A DNA stretch of 64,000 nt from Oikopleura dioica (GCA_907165135.1 OU015569.1:9486001-9550000); one strand, 5' to 3'; shown: positions 14,501 through 25,600, counted from the first letter of the stretch. The notes: generated by a model from the sequence alone, not told the origin. Numbers and translations: made by a program.

Positions 14501-14723
14501 TGAGGACCTTTGATAGCCGACATCATGCGCGCACTCAGTACCAAAGGACGGTTTCTAGTCCGCGCAGGTGCTATCTCACTTTTTCATTCTGTTTTTTTAT
14601 CTATGTGTAGTTGTCCCGGGGAATATGACAAGAAGCTCACGTCTGGTACAGTTATAAATTGAAAAATCAAATTTTTATTGTTTCATAGCGTCGCTGACAT
14701 CTAAAAAGCTTCTCAAGCTGACA

Positions 14724-15869
14724 ATGCCAAATCCATCAGATTTACGCCAGTCACGGATTCATAAATTGCCGCTAGTGGCGGTTTTTTACTTCAGTCTTGA
14801 ATCTTCTTAGATATTACTCGCCGCATTCATGATACTCTTCTTCGTCTCTAGCATGTCTTTAGTCTGGACTTTCTCGGTAACAATATTTTTCGCTCTTTGA
14901 TTATAAAAACTTTCTTTTTTCAGGTTATTGTTCCATATTTGCGTGGCATACAGTACGAAGAGAAAACGTGTCGTCTTTTCGGCGTTCAAGGTAAAGCCAA
15001 AAATCACGTCACTGAATTTGATTTTGAAAGGAGTTCCCGAATCTTGCTGGAGTCACGACTTTTTTCAGCAGCTCGAATTTGAATCAAGCACAAAGGTACC
15101 CTCACAGTAACTGATAATCAGCGGACAGTTTGGTTCTGTAAGAAGAACTCGAAAGATCGGCGAATAGAACGTTTTTCATTCAACTGACTTAGAAGTTGTT
15201 TCCTTCCAAGTTGTTTCAGAGAAGTTGCGCTGAAAGCGAATGCAATCAGATGCTGGAAGACAAGAGTTGTGTTCAATTCTATGTTCAAGACGAGAAAAAG
15301 AACAGCTCCACTTTCATTCTACACAGAGACGAAGTGGACATCTCAGGACTCTGCCAGTCGCAGATGCATTGCTCGGGTAAAACAAGTAAAATGTTCAATT
15401 CTCAAGTGCGCTTCTAGTTCGACCCAAGCGCGTCCAAGTGCAGTCATTCTCCGCTAAGCCGAAAGTTCCTGGAAGCTGTCTTCGCCCTGTTGACTGCGAG
15501 TCCATAGTCAAAGGCGCCCGAGATATCTTTACTGGAGAAGAAGGGCTCAAACTCGGCATGAGAACGTAAATAATCAAGCATTACTTCATGAAAACAGGCT
15601 CTTTAGGCAATGTTGGATTAACAATTCGAACCAAACAGCGGCAAATTACGAGACTCTTCAAGTGACGGGAGCAATGGCTAGAAAATCACTTGGAACATTC
15701 TTCGGAGGAAAAGTCTTTCACGCGGTATCAAATCTTCGAATAATAATTTACTCATTTTGAGGGGTAGGTCTTTTGGCCCTTGCTTGGCTTCATGTCTTCG
15801 ATCTTCTGCTGTACCACTTTCTGGTACAAAAACAGAAATCACGTGCTAAAGTTCACGCAGTCTGGCTAG
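14724..15869 (+). CDS. KCNMB: BK (Slo1) Ca2+-activated K+ channel beta subunit family protein, 8 exons, ~255 aa, 2 TM helices
   Basis: Exons 14724-14774, 14811-14876, 14924-14990, 15031-15095, 15220-15376, 15418-15565, 15607-15724, 15768-15869, all GT-AG and in phase. TM1 ILLAAFMILFFVSSMSLVWTFSVIVPYL. Loop has CRLFGVQ, SCVQFYV, ILHRDE, HCSVRP and QCW, compared with KCNMB4 CTVLSVQ, PCVQVYV, LLHSDE, KCSYIP. TM2 VFWPLLGFMSSIFCCTTFW. Confidence 0.8.
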
Positions 15870-16114
15870 AATCGCAGCGTATTCAATGAATGTGCAATAT
15901 TTATATCACTGCCATCAAATAAATTTTGAATAATCACATAACAAAAGAATTTCTCCAGTGTTATTGGAATTCCTCACTTTCGATCATGATTCATGAAGGG
16001 GCGCTGAGGCCTTGGTCGAGGCGAAAGTCGACTGCGGAAATCAACTTGTTTTTTCTCGAAAAAGAGGAAAACACCAACAATATTTTTGATTTTTTTTTGA
16101 TTTTCTCGAAAAAA

Positions 16115-16687
16115 ATGGAGAGACGAATGCTGAAGAACCTCGTGACCTTGGACGATAAGAGCGTCTGTAGCCAGACGCTCCAAGAGATTCATGATGCTGT
16201 ATTTGTGGTAAGTTCAGTCAATCATTTTAAAAACAATCTAAAAAAAGACAAATTTTTAATGCACAATTTTTAGCAGCCGTCGCGACGAGCCGCCGCTGCC
16301 AAAGCTCAAACGGCCTTCGCCTGCCAAAAAAGTGGTAGAAAAAGGAAGGCGACGGAAAAACGACCTGAGCTTGATGAAAACGATAACCGAAGTAATTAGC
16401 AGGGCTAAGATCTCATTTTAAAATTGAACATTCTAGCCGAAGTCAAAGCCGTTCCAGTTAAGCCGCGACGTCGACTTCGCGACTGGATCAAAAAAAATGA
16501 CGCAGAATTCGAACAATTCTTGGAGGGGCTAGAAGTAAAACCCTTCCCAACAGAAGAGGAATTTTACAAAAGCAAAGGTTAACAAAATTATAAATTTAAA
16601 AAAATATAATGACTTATTTCAGATTCCGGCGCGATCGTCAAAGCAGCAGTGAAAGGTGTCAAGAAGGACTTTCCAGAATTTTTTTGA
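16115..16687 (+). CDS. Orphan basic protein, 4 exons, ~140 aa, probably nuclear
   Basis: Three GT-AG introns join in phase: MERRMLKNLVTLDDKSVCSQTLQEIHDAVFV|QPSRRAAAAKAQTAFACQKSGRKRKATEKRPELDENDNR|TEVKAVPVKPRRRLRDWIKKNDAEFEQFLEGLEVKPFPTEEEFYKSK|DSGAIVKAAVKGVKKDFPEFF*. NLS-like RKRK and KPRRR. No family recognised. Confidence 0.7.
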
Positions 16688-16811
16688 ATAAACTATTTCA
16701 AAATATACATAGTCTGAATCTATAGCTTATTGTTGGCAATATCAGAAATCATATATTTACAGGAATCAGAGTCTGTGCTTCTGTGATTATCGAACTTGCA
16801 GTTGTCTTTGT

Positions 16812-18998
16812 CTAAATCCTTGCAATGTCTTCTATGTCTCCAAAGAAATCGAGACTTTTTTCGTGGAGATCTAGCCGTGTAGGATCTTGATTTATAAAGT
16901 CTCGAATGCGCTTCGATGTTTCTGAAGGGTTCACCATGTGCGAAAGATGATTGCCTTCTATTATGTGGTGCTAAATTCTATTTTAATTCGATTTCAAGAT
17001 GTTTTTACCTCGTATCTTGCAGAATACTTCACAAGTCTATCGAAGTAGAGCTGTTGCTTTTCATGGTTGAAATACTTTCTTTGGTTTGATTTGGGATCGA
17101 ATATTTCCTCGCTCGCTTCAAGATATTGAAGTGGTGCTCGGAAGTCCCGGGCTAAATTATAGCTCTAAATTTTGGTTCATAATTATCGTTAGTCAGTGTT
17201 CGAAAAAATGGTGAGGACTCAAGTGAGCGCGATCAGAGGCCTCCGAACGTAAGTGAGAGAGAACGAGTGACTTTTTTCTTCGAAACTTGAGTCAGGTTTT
17301 GAAGAGCATCAATAGCTTTTCGATTAGTTTTGAACAAAATACAATTGAAAAGCACCCCAGCTGGAGATCAAGCCATCTGACCCAGCAATCGAGTTTATGT
17401 CATGTGACCTCATATAACCCTATTTTCCGCTTGGCGGCCAGCCTTGGCCTCCCTTTGTGGCGATTGGCCGATTTTCGAGTCAATAAAGGAAGCCAGAAAT
17501 ACGACGTTTCGGCCACTTCTCGACAAAAAAAAAAGAGAAAAACTAACCGGAGACCAACAAATTTCGAATCGACAAAAAAATGGATTTTTGGATATTCTTA
17601 GCTTTCATAGCTTCAGTTTCTGCTAGTGGCGGCAGTTGCTGTGAAGATCCCAACCCGCCTTACATGGACAAAAAGAAAGATATTCTTACCCGCGTAGAAT
17701 CCCTTGCCAAGGAAGATCTTCCAGGATTTGAAGTATGCTTTAGCAACATGCTCGAGACCAAAATTGAAGAAGACGAGAAATACCGAAACTTCCTCATTGA
17801 AAACGAAGATTGGTACCAGCTCGATTACGAGGAAGAGCATAACAATTTCATAATGACGGACGAGCGAAAAAATGAAATGAAAGAAACCTGCCTGGAAATG
17901 CTTTATGCATTGAAGGACCTTGCCTGTTTTCAATCCCAGCATGGCCCAGTAGATTGGGACTCACTTTGAATTTGAAAGAATAAACTTCGAAATTGACAAT
18001 TCTTAAAAATTCCTTTTTTGAAAGACCTTATCGGCCTAAAGGGTGCTCTTGGCTAAACAACCTGAGTCGGGGTCTAAAGCGTCTAAAAATTCGCGTTGCA
18101 AAATAAGCATTTTCAACTCTTTGTGGCTTCGTTAGAAAAACTCGCTCACCGCTCGTACTCACCATTTTTTCGAAATTCACAAGAATTTTCAATTTCCGTC
18201 GAGAACCTATCCTGGTCGAACGTTAACCCCCAACTGCTTGTTCCCCACTGACGCATAAAGGGGTGAACTTTCGATTTGAAGTTTCCGTCTTCTAGCTCGG
18301 TCATTTGCCCTTGCATCCATTTTTCTGCGATTCTGGGATCTTTGAACCAGCCACTTGGAGTATTCATGATGGCATGTTTGTACTCGTCCCATGTTTTTCC
18401 GCTCGGAGTCCGGCCCGGATTAGAAGAGTCAGCTTTCCATCGGTCTGCTCGGTTCTCCCAGGACATGAGTGAGTACATCGGAGTTACAATAGGTTTGATC
18501 GTTTGCACGCCTTTGAAATCAATCAAAGTGAGAGAGTCTACTCTTTCCGGGAAGAGACACGCAAATGGAGAAGCAATAAACGTTCCCATGCTATGAGCAA
18601 CACAGTGGAAACTGTCCCAGCCTGAGAATATGAGTTAATTACGCGGCTTTATCTTTCAGAGTCTTCGATTATTAACTCTTCCTAATGCATCTGCCACGTA
18701 TCTTATTGAATATCCGAATAAATCATGAGTTGGAGCATAATAATTGTCCGGAAAATTTGAGTCGCCATGTCCAGGAAAATCATAGCCCACTATCGACCAA
18801 TTCTTCGGAAGTAGATCTGCTGTCCAGTCCCAACAGTGGACGTGATCGGAATTGCCGTGTAGAAGAAGAACCCGTTTAGCGCCTTATGATTTTGATTTTA
18901 AGAAGATGAGAGTCTATCTAACCTGTTTCTTGGTAGTGTTGCGACCAGTTTTTGGCGTGTATCCTGCCCCATGGTACTTTTATTTTAAAGTTTCTCAT
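16812..18998 (-). CDS. SERHL2: Serine hydrolase-like alpha/beta hydrolase (SERHL family), 5 exons
   Basis: MRNFKIKVPWGRIHAK, VLLLHGNSDH, GYDFPGHGDS, nucleophile elbow AHSMG, acid residue in LTLIDF, and C-terminal catalytic-His motif EGNHLSHMVNP. Contains a GA-AG intron (18622-18681) and a 1011-nt GT-AG intron (17152-18162) that joins ...RKN|ARDFRAPL in phase. Confidence 0.88.
17580..17969 (+). CDS. Intronless 129-aa secreted acidic Cys-containing protein, nested antisense in the SERHL intron
   Basis: ATG start, signal peptide MDFWIFLAFIASVSA, 5 Cys, D/E-rich, AATAAA about 10 nt after the stop. Lies wholly inside intron 17152-18162. Confidence 0.75.
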   Translation: MDFWIFLAFIASVSASGGSCCEDPNPPYMDKKKDILTRVESLAKEDLPGFEVCFSNMLETKIEEDEKYRNFLIENEDWYQLDYEEEHNNFIMTDERKNEMKETCLEMLYALKDLACFQSQHGPVDWDSL

Positions 18999-19151
18999 CT
19001 CTTCTTATAAAAAAAAACGCAAAACTGAGAAAGACTGTTTGCAATTCTTTTCTTTTATTTATTTTATCTGCGTCATTGCAAGTTCTTCAGTGAAAATCGA
19101 CACGCTGTATTCAGAAACAATTATAAGGAATATATTGTGAGTAAAGTCGGA
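18999..19151 (-). promoter_or_regulatory. Short intercistronic spacer with candidate trans-splice acceptor (GALK2 to SERHL)
   Basis: 153 nt between the GALK2 stop and the SERHL ATG. T-tract then TAAG|AAGAG-ATG (AG at 19005-19004). Confidence 0.5.
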
Positions 19152-20911
19152 TTAGAAAAGCTGATTATGATTCTTGTCAAAAATCCCAGCGCCAGCACTT
19201 GGTACTGAAGCAAAGATGGCTTCTGGAAGTCTTGATGATCGATCGGCAGTTTTACTGTAGAAGTTTTTCTTGACTTTTTCCATAAATTCATCAACATTGT
19301 CAGCATCGACAAGAGATACGCAGCATCCTCCCCAGCCAGCACCTGTCAAACGGGATCTGAAATCTCATCATATTCTTTCTGTTCGTCTCAATTATAACTT
19401 GCCCATAAGCTCCTCCTTCTCGACAAACGTTCGTGAGCTCATCAAGCTCCACTGAGGAGCACTCGTATCCTTTCGAGCAGCTCCAGTGGGAGCCATCCAT
19501 CAGAATTCCTAATTTCTCCAAAGTATTATTTCCGCCGGTCGAACAGATATTTTCGAACTAAAGTCAAATTAGCGAACTATCTATTGAAGCGCTAAAATAA
19601 TTACTTGAACGACCCGAAGCGCTTCTAAGTAAACGTGATCGGCCCTTTTGAAAACATTGAATTCTTGAACTTGTTGAGTATTAGGTGAAAGAATTTTTGT
19701 CGCAAATTCTTCTTCCGAAATATCTAAAAGTTCCAAAACTTGAGCGCGGCTCAGGATATCGTTGGGCTTTCTGCTCCCTTTTTATAGTTGAAAATGAAAT
19801 AGAATCCTTTCTATTTACTCTTTCTGACTATTTCCTTTCGGACAAGCAAAAGCAAAGTCCAGCTGATGAACCATTTGTTCCAGAGTGCCATTGTACATAT
19901 TTTGTATCTCCTTTAGCTTTGGAATGTTATCCAAATCAAGTTTTCCCGTTTTGTACTTTTGAAGAGCGAGAGCTGCGATTCTGCACTCAACCACTCGGCG
20001 ATTGAAGTCGTTAGACAGCGCTTTTTCCTTCTTTGTGCAACTGTGCGCAATCACGAAGGCTGCCTTTTCTGGAAGTTGAACTTTAGTAGCGGCGAGAGGA
20101 TTGAAGTCGATACGCTTCGCTTCTCCAGATTCTGCCAGCAAACAAATAGACTTAGTTAAGATTGGAAAATATTTAATACAAAAAAATCCGTAGCTGAAAA
20201 GCGGCCAACCATTCCTGATCCATTCCGCCGCCCTGGGTTCCAATGTGCCGCTCTGCTCGTGCACAAGCATTCGCCAATTCGGTTCGCGTTGTTTTTGCGA
20301 CGAGTCCTTCTGACTGAAGAAAGCAGAGTGCAGAGCAGACAACCAAAGCAGAGCTAGAGGAGAGACCAGATCCCATTGGTATGTTTCCGGAAACGTAGAG
20401 ATTCAAACCGCGAGAAAGTGGGCGCGAGAAGAGTTCCTCGATCGCTTTTGCGCCGCAGAAAACGTAGTTGAACCAGTTGATATCGCTAAGGTTAATATCC
20501 AGTTGATTGATGCTCGTCGAAGCAGAAGGAAACGACTCTTTTTCGGAAATGATTTCCAGTTTACCTAAAACGACTATAAGAAGGATATCCGTATTAATGA
20601 AAAACTAACCAGAGTCATTAAAGCCGGCTGCAATAAATATTTTTTGCTCGACAGCCATTGGAAGTACAGAATAGCCACAATAATCAATATGCTCGCCAAT
20701 CAAGTTAACCCTTTTTCTTGGTTTTCTTCTTGTAAAACGTTCAAATAGCTGATCTCTAGTGTAAAGAATAACTTTTGTAATAACACTCATGATGAATACT
20801 AAGGCTGTTAATACTTTAAGAAGTTCAAACCGCGTCCCTTCCTGGAGCCGTCGCATAGAAGTCCGCTTCTTTGCCAAAAGCCTTTTGAAAACTAGCAAGC
20901 AGGTTGTCCAT
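19152..20911 (-). CDS. GALK2: N-acetylgalactosamine kinase / galactokinase 2 (GHMP kinase), about 7 exons
   Basis: APGR|[44 protein letters not shown]|[24 protein letters not shown]|[11 protein letters not shown]. The MDQSI and ILSPNTQ segments are GALK2-type. Introns use GG, GT, GA and GC donors. Confidence 0.93.
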
Positions 20912-21462
20912 CTTAGTTTCTCTTTCTTCTGAGACTATTTTTCTTTGTTCGATGCGGGGGCTAGGCGAGATGCCGGATATTGTGGTTTGAGGGTCTGAGC
21001 TTGTTCGTGTTTTCCAGTTTGGGTCAATTAAATGCCCGGTCGAGTTACGAGCTGAGCTGGAAGACGGTAAACTGCGTAAACAAGTGAACTGTGACCTGCA
21101 GGCGGATCCGCGACGCACAATATGAATTCTAGAAGTATTTTTACACTTACACCGGTCGGTGCTCACAGCCATGTAGGCGTCTCAGCGCCAAATTTGAAAG
21201 TTGAAGCTTTTGTCAAATTTAAACTTGCGCCCGTCTTTAGGTGCGAGGATGAGTCGTTGGGGATCAGGGGTAGTTTCGGATAGACCATCTGCTATTCTTT
21301 TCTAGACTGTATAATGCCAGCAGAAGTTTTTTGCTTTGAGTCATATATATAATAGTGGGCGTCCGTGGGTCCTCGCCTCCGTGTGTCCATCGTAGAAGAA
21401 GAAAAAAGGAAAAACAAGTCGTTTGGGCTCTCAAAGCAAATCCACTGCACCAGCACAAGAGC
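20912..21462. promoter_or_regulatory. Head-to-head GALK2/SPAG7 interval, probable bidirectional promoter
   Basis: Divergent ATGs about 550 nt apart with no other recognisable gene between them. Confidence 0.5.
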
Positions 21463-22688
21463 ATGGACTTACTGGGCTCCATCATCGGAAAGATGGACTC
21501 AGGTCCACCTCGGCCGAAGCCAACAGCTGCTCAACTTCGAGCGCGGAAAATGGTAAGATCTATCCTTTTGATGAAATATTTTTAATATAGTATTAACTGC
21601 TCGTGATAACTACTACGTAAATAGCAAGCTCTTGGCTTCGAACTATTTTTAAGCAAGAGGCACAACAAAAAGAGGAGGAAAAGCGCCGCGAACACTACTC
21701 AAACAAGATCAGGCGCAAAATGGAGACCATCAGAAAGTACGTGGACGAGGAGCAAAAACGACTAGCGGAAAGCGAGGACCCCGAGGTTTGTGAGCGCATC
21801 GAACCGCTGATCAAGTACAACTTTCATCCTATGGATGCAGTGTGGCGCAAGATTGTCGCAGACATTGCAGAGGAATTCGACCTCGTTGCTGTCGCTCTGG
21901 GTCCACGAGATGCAAGGAACTGGTGAGACAGAGAGCTGATTCTATCGGAATTATAAATCGATTGTTTGTCAACAAGGTCTAGCGATAAGAAAAAATAGAG
22001 CTGCTATCGTTTGACCCAGAGAAAGATACAACTGTATCTGCAACAGACATCCCACAAACGTTGAGCTACGAGACATGAAAGGAATAGCCGCCAACTGTCA
22101 ACAGCCAGCTGACAACAAGAAGGCTAATTCAGAGTCCATATCTCTTAGTCAAGAAATCAGCTTGTATGCTCAAGAAGCAAGTATTTATATATTGTGATTA
22201 TGATTGAAGTTACTCCTAGCGCGAAAAAGACGCAGCTATCGAGAATTCGGAGGAGCCTCCAGGTTGGTCTTCATCGTCGGAGAGCTCTCAAAGTCAAAGT
22301 AGCTCGGGAAGTCATTTTTCAAGCAGTGGCTTACAAAGTTCAAGTCGATCCTCTCAGTCAACGCAAGAGCTTCCAGATCAAGAGAGTAGCCCAAGGAAAA
22401 TTGGGCACACGGCGAAATCGCGAATCAAACCTGGTGCAAAATTCTCATCTTATTCGGCTAAAATCTCAAACATTGTTGGAAGGGATCTGGAGGCAAAGAA
22501 GATTGCCTCCGAAGGGAGGTCTTTTGGTCTCGTCTCAGGTAAGTTTCAACTTTCTGCTCCAAAAGAATTCAAACTGTGCGAGCCACACAGCCGACATTTA
22601 TTGCAATTTAGCCTCATTGAAACGCGACCACCGCACGATCGAGGAAACCCAACGCGAAATGATGCGGATCAAGAAGTCTAAAAACTAA
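21463..22688 (+). CDS. SPAG7: Sperm-associated antigen 7 (R3H domain), 5 exons
   Basis: N-terminus MDLLGSIIGKMD (human MADLLGSILSSM). R3H-like FHPMDAVWRKIVADIAEEFDL and ERYNCICNRHPTNVEL. C-terminus SFGLVS|ASLKRDHRTIEETQREMMRIKK (human [27 protein letters not shown]). Needs a GA/GG-AG intron (21917-22019) and a GC-AG intron (22177-22219). Confidence 0.9.
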
Positions 22689-25600
22689 AGGGAAAAAACT
22701 GAAAACAACAAGAAAATTTTCACTCGCGCTCGGAGTATGATATACGCCTTTTTTCATTTTACTGTATCTATCACGTGCTTTTCTAATAAATTCATTCTGT
22801 TCACCCATTCAATTCTATATCGAGATGTTCTAAATGACGCAAATCGGATTGTCAAAAGATTTGGCCAGATTTCGAAAGTAGCTGTGTCGTCGATGATATC
22901 CTCTTGTTGTATTGTGTTGAGGGCGCATCCCCGCGGCGTTCTATTTTTTGGCATCAGAAAAAAGCTAGTTGCACTCTTTTCGAAAGGAAACTTTCGCCAG
23001 CTCAATCCATTTTTTCGCCGGCCTTTATTCAGATAAACGAATCCGTAATTTACACAGTACAGTTTGATGGGGCTTATCAAGGTATTCTGGGCTTGGCAGC
23101 CTGCGTAGAAAACCTGACTAAGGATTTGAAAGAGGACAGTTAGATTATGATGGTAATTTAAGCAAAGCTACTTTGCGACTTTTTTTCTTTTGAAAAAGCC
23201 ATTACGCGGCTTTATATTTTAGATTTGAAAAATCCTGACTCAGGTTTTCTGCACAGTTTGCTTAGCCCAGCGTTCTTTATTCGATTAATATGCCAGAACA
23301 TCTTTAAAACAATCCTTAATTCGCTGTGTTAGAAACAATTTTCATAAAAAATTGAATTTATCAGAACTATGAATTTCAAATTATTTATTGGCCGAAAAGT
23401 AATTTTTATTGAGGTTTATTGATAAATAGCGTATAATTGCGCGTTAATTATTTTTCGGGAGATAGTTTTTGTGAGTAGTTTCTCTGCAGTGAGATTGTAA
23501 TTGAAGCCGAAAGGGGTTTTGGTCTTCAAAAGCGGGGGATTTCGCCGCAGAGCCGATTCCATTTTCGGCCAATGAACGGCGCGAAAGAAAACGAAAAACG
23601 TCAATTCGCACCGCGCCGTAGTAGAAAAAAAAGGATAATCTAGAAACAAATCTCTACCAATCAAGCACGCCGGATCTGTAGAGAGAATTCGATCAAGAAG
23701 AAAGAACCAGAAGAGTGAAACTGTTCACGAATCCCAATTCCTTCAGTTTTTATTTATAATACTTTTAGCTTTTTTGCAGTTGATTTATTCGATTTTTATT
23801 CTCCTATTTGAATGCTGGATGTTTGCTTTAGGTCATTTTAGGCAATTTAAAGGAATCTGGAAGAGAAATAATGCCCCGAAGATGAAATTCTTTTGGTTTA
23901 TTTTTGGTGGCAATTAAAAATAATGCGCCGATTTAACTTAAAATTTCGGCCGGAGTTCAGTCTGTTATTCAGTAATTGAGCAGCGTTTATTTAGGAAAGC
24001 GCAGAGAACTAAGCTGGTATTGGATCGCTGCGGAATTTAACATTTGTTCGCAGTTGGAAAATAGGTCACAAAACTCTCTTTTCCAGCTTTCTGTTTGTTT
24101 TCACTATGATGAAATATTAACTTTTCAACTTCGTACTTGACTAGCTAGAAACGCCAGAAGGAGTTCCTTTCTCACAGTACTTACGTACGCCGCCGTCAAA
24201 AGAGAGAAATATGCAACAAATTTCCTTTGAAACAAGCTTTCTACTATAAACAAGTAAATGCCATATGTATAAGTTTTAACTTTGAAGCATTGAAATTGAA
24301 AAGATCGAAGAAGAAATTTCGCGTTTTGAAAAAAAGTTAACTTTTCGGACGACATTCGCGTTTTCGTTTTGTTGTTTTCTCCTCAAATACCACTATTACT
24401 GTGAGCAAGAATTGAATGATTGTGACAATCGTCAGAGGATTTATCTGAGTCGTAATTGTCACCAATAACGAGATTAACGTTACGATTATCCATTAATTCT
24501 CAAGTCCTTTCGGGGAACGTAAAAACGCCACATGATTGTTGTGCTCACAATCGAGAATTCCCAAATTTGAATTCGAATTTGAAATTTTAGAAATCAGAGA
24601 AAGCCGCGTTTTTTAAGAACTCGGAATGGAGATCGAGGGGCCTGGGAGAAAAATTAAATTTTGTAAAAATTTACAACTGCGCACGTCGCTTAGGACTCTC
24701 GAATCGATGCAGCTATCGCTCGCCACGCAAATACTAAAGCGACTGTTTCAAATGCTTTTTGACTTTTCCAAGCACGGCCTTAAAGCGTTGGCCACCTTTT
24801 TCGTTGGAGAGATTTAAGAGAGAGTTGAAATTTTGTGGGTTGAGTTTTCGGAAATCAATAATCGACTGAGAGAGAGAGAGAGGATAATGGCAAATTGCCA
24901 TAGGGGATTGTGTAATTTTTGTCTCGTTGATTCAGACCGGTGGGTCGCCTTGCGAATTGAATCACCCTGTGAAAATCATCATCTCATGACGTTTCTTTCA
25001 CACAGTCCCCATTCATTTAATTCACAATCGTAAGCGGGCAGACAAACATTCGTATTTTTATGCCACTCCAGTTGCTTGTTTGTCTTGGCATCAAAAACCT
25101 CCCTTTTTCAGAGATTTTTTTAACTTTACGAAGACTCCCTTTGATTTTTCTAACGATCCGTATTGCTTACTAGAATCTATCTCTTCCTACATTTGTTCTA
25201 CTTTTGTTTGCTAGGAAAGCATTAACATCGTAAGATTAATCAGAATTTCCGATCTTGAAAATTCTTGTAAGTGATTCAAAGAATGAGTAGTTTAATGAAT
25301 TTTATGCCTGATCTTTTTTTAAGTGTTTTTTGTCGCCGAGGCCGCATCATAAAAATGTCTGATTTTCTTTTATTTTATGTTTGTCGAGCTTGCTGTACTT
25401 GAAGAATGTGCAGTGTGCTGTTCGACTGTGTGCGAGCCCGCTGATTTTCGATCTGGCGAAATTCCAGAGCGTTTACATTGCTTGTATTTGCCTGTGACGC
25501 CACACAGCAATGCCGTAGTCCTTGTGCGGCATGTTTGAACTGGATTATTTGCCCAGTAGATACATCAATTGTTCCAGATTTTCTTTTTTTTTTTCATTTT

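Noticed and set aside
20985-21310. GAGGGTCTGAG resembling RNase P RNA CR-I
   Set aside because: No matching CR-V or P4 partner found downstream.
22194-22688. 164-aa ORF in the supplied track
   Set aside because: Mostly the wrong frame of SPAG7 exon 4. The conserved SPAG7 sequence is in another frame until the last exon.
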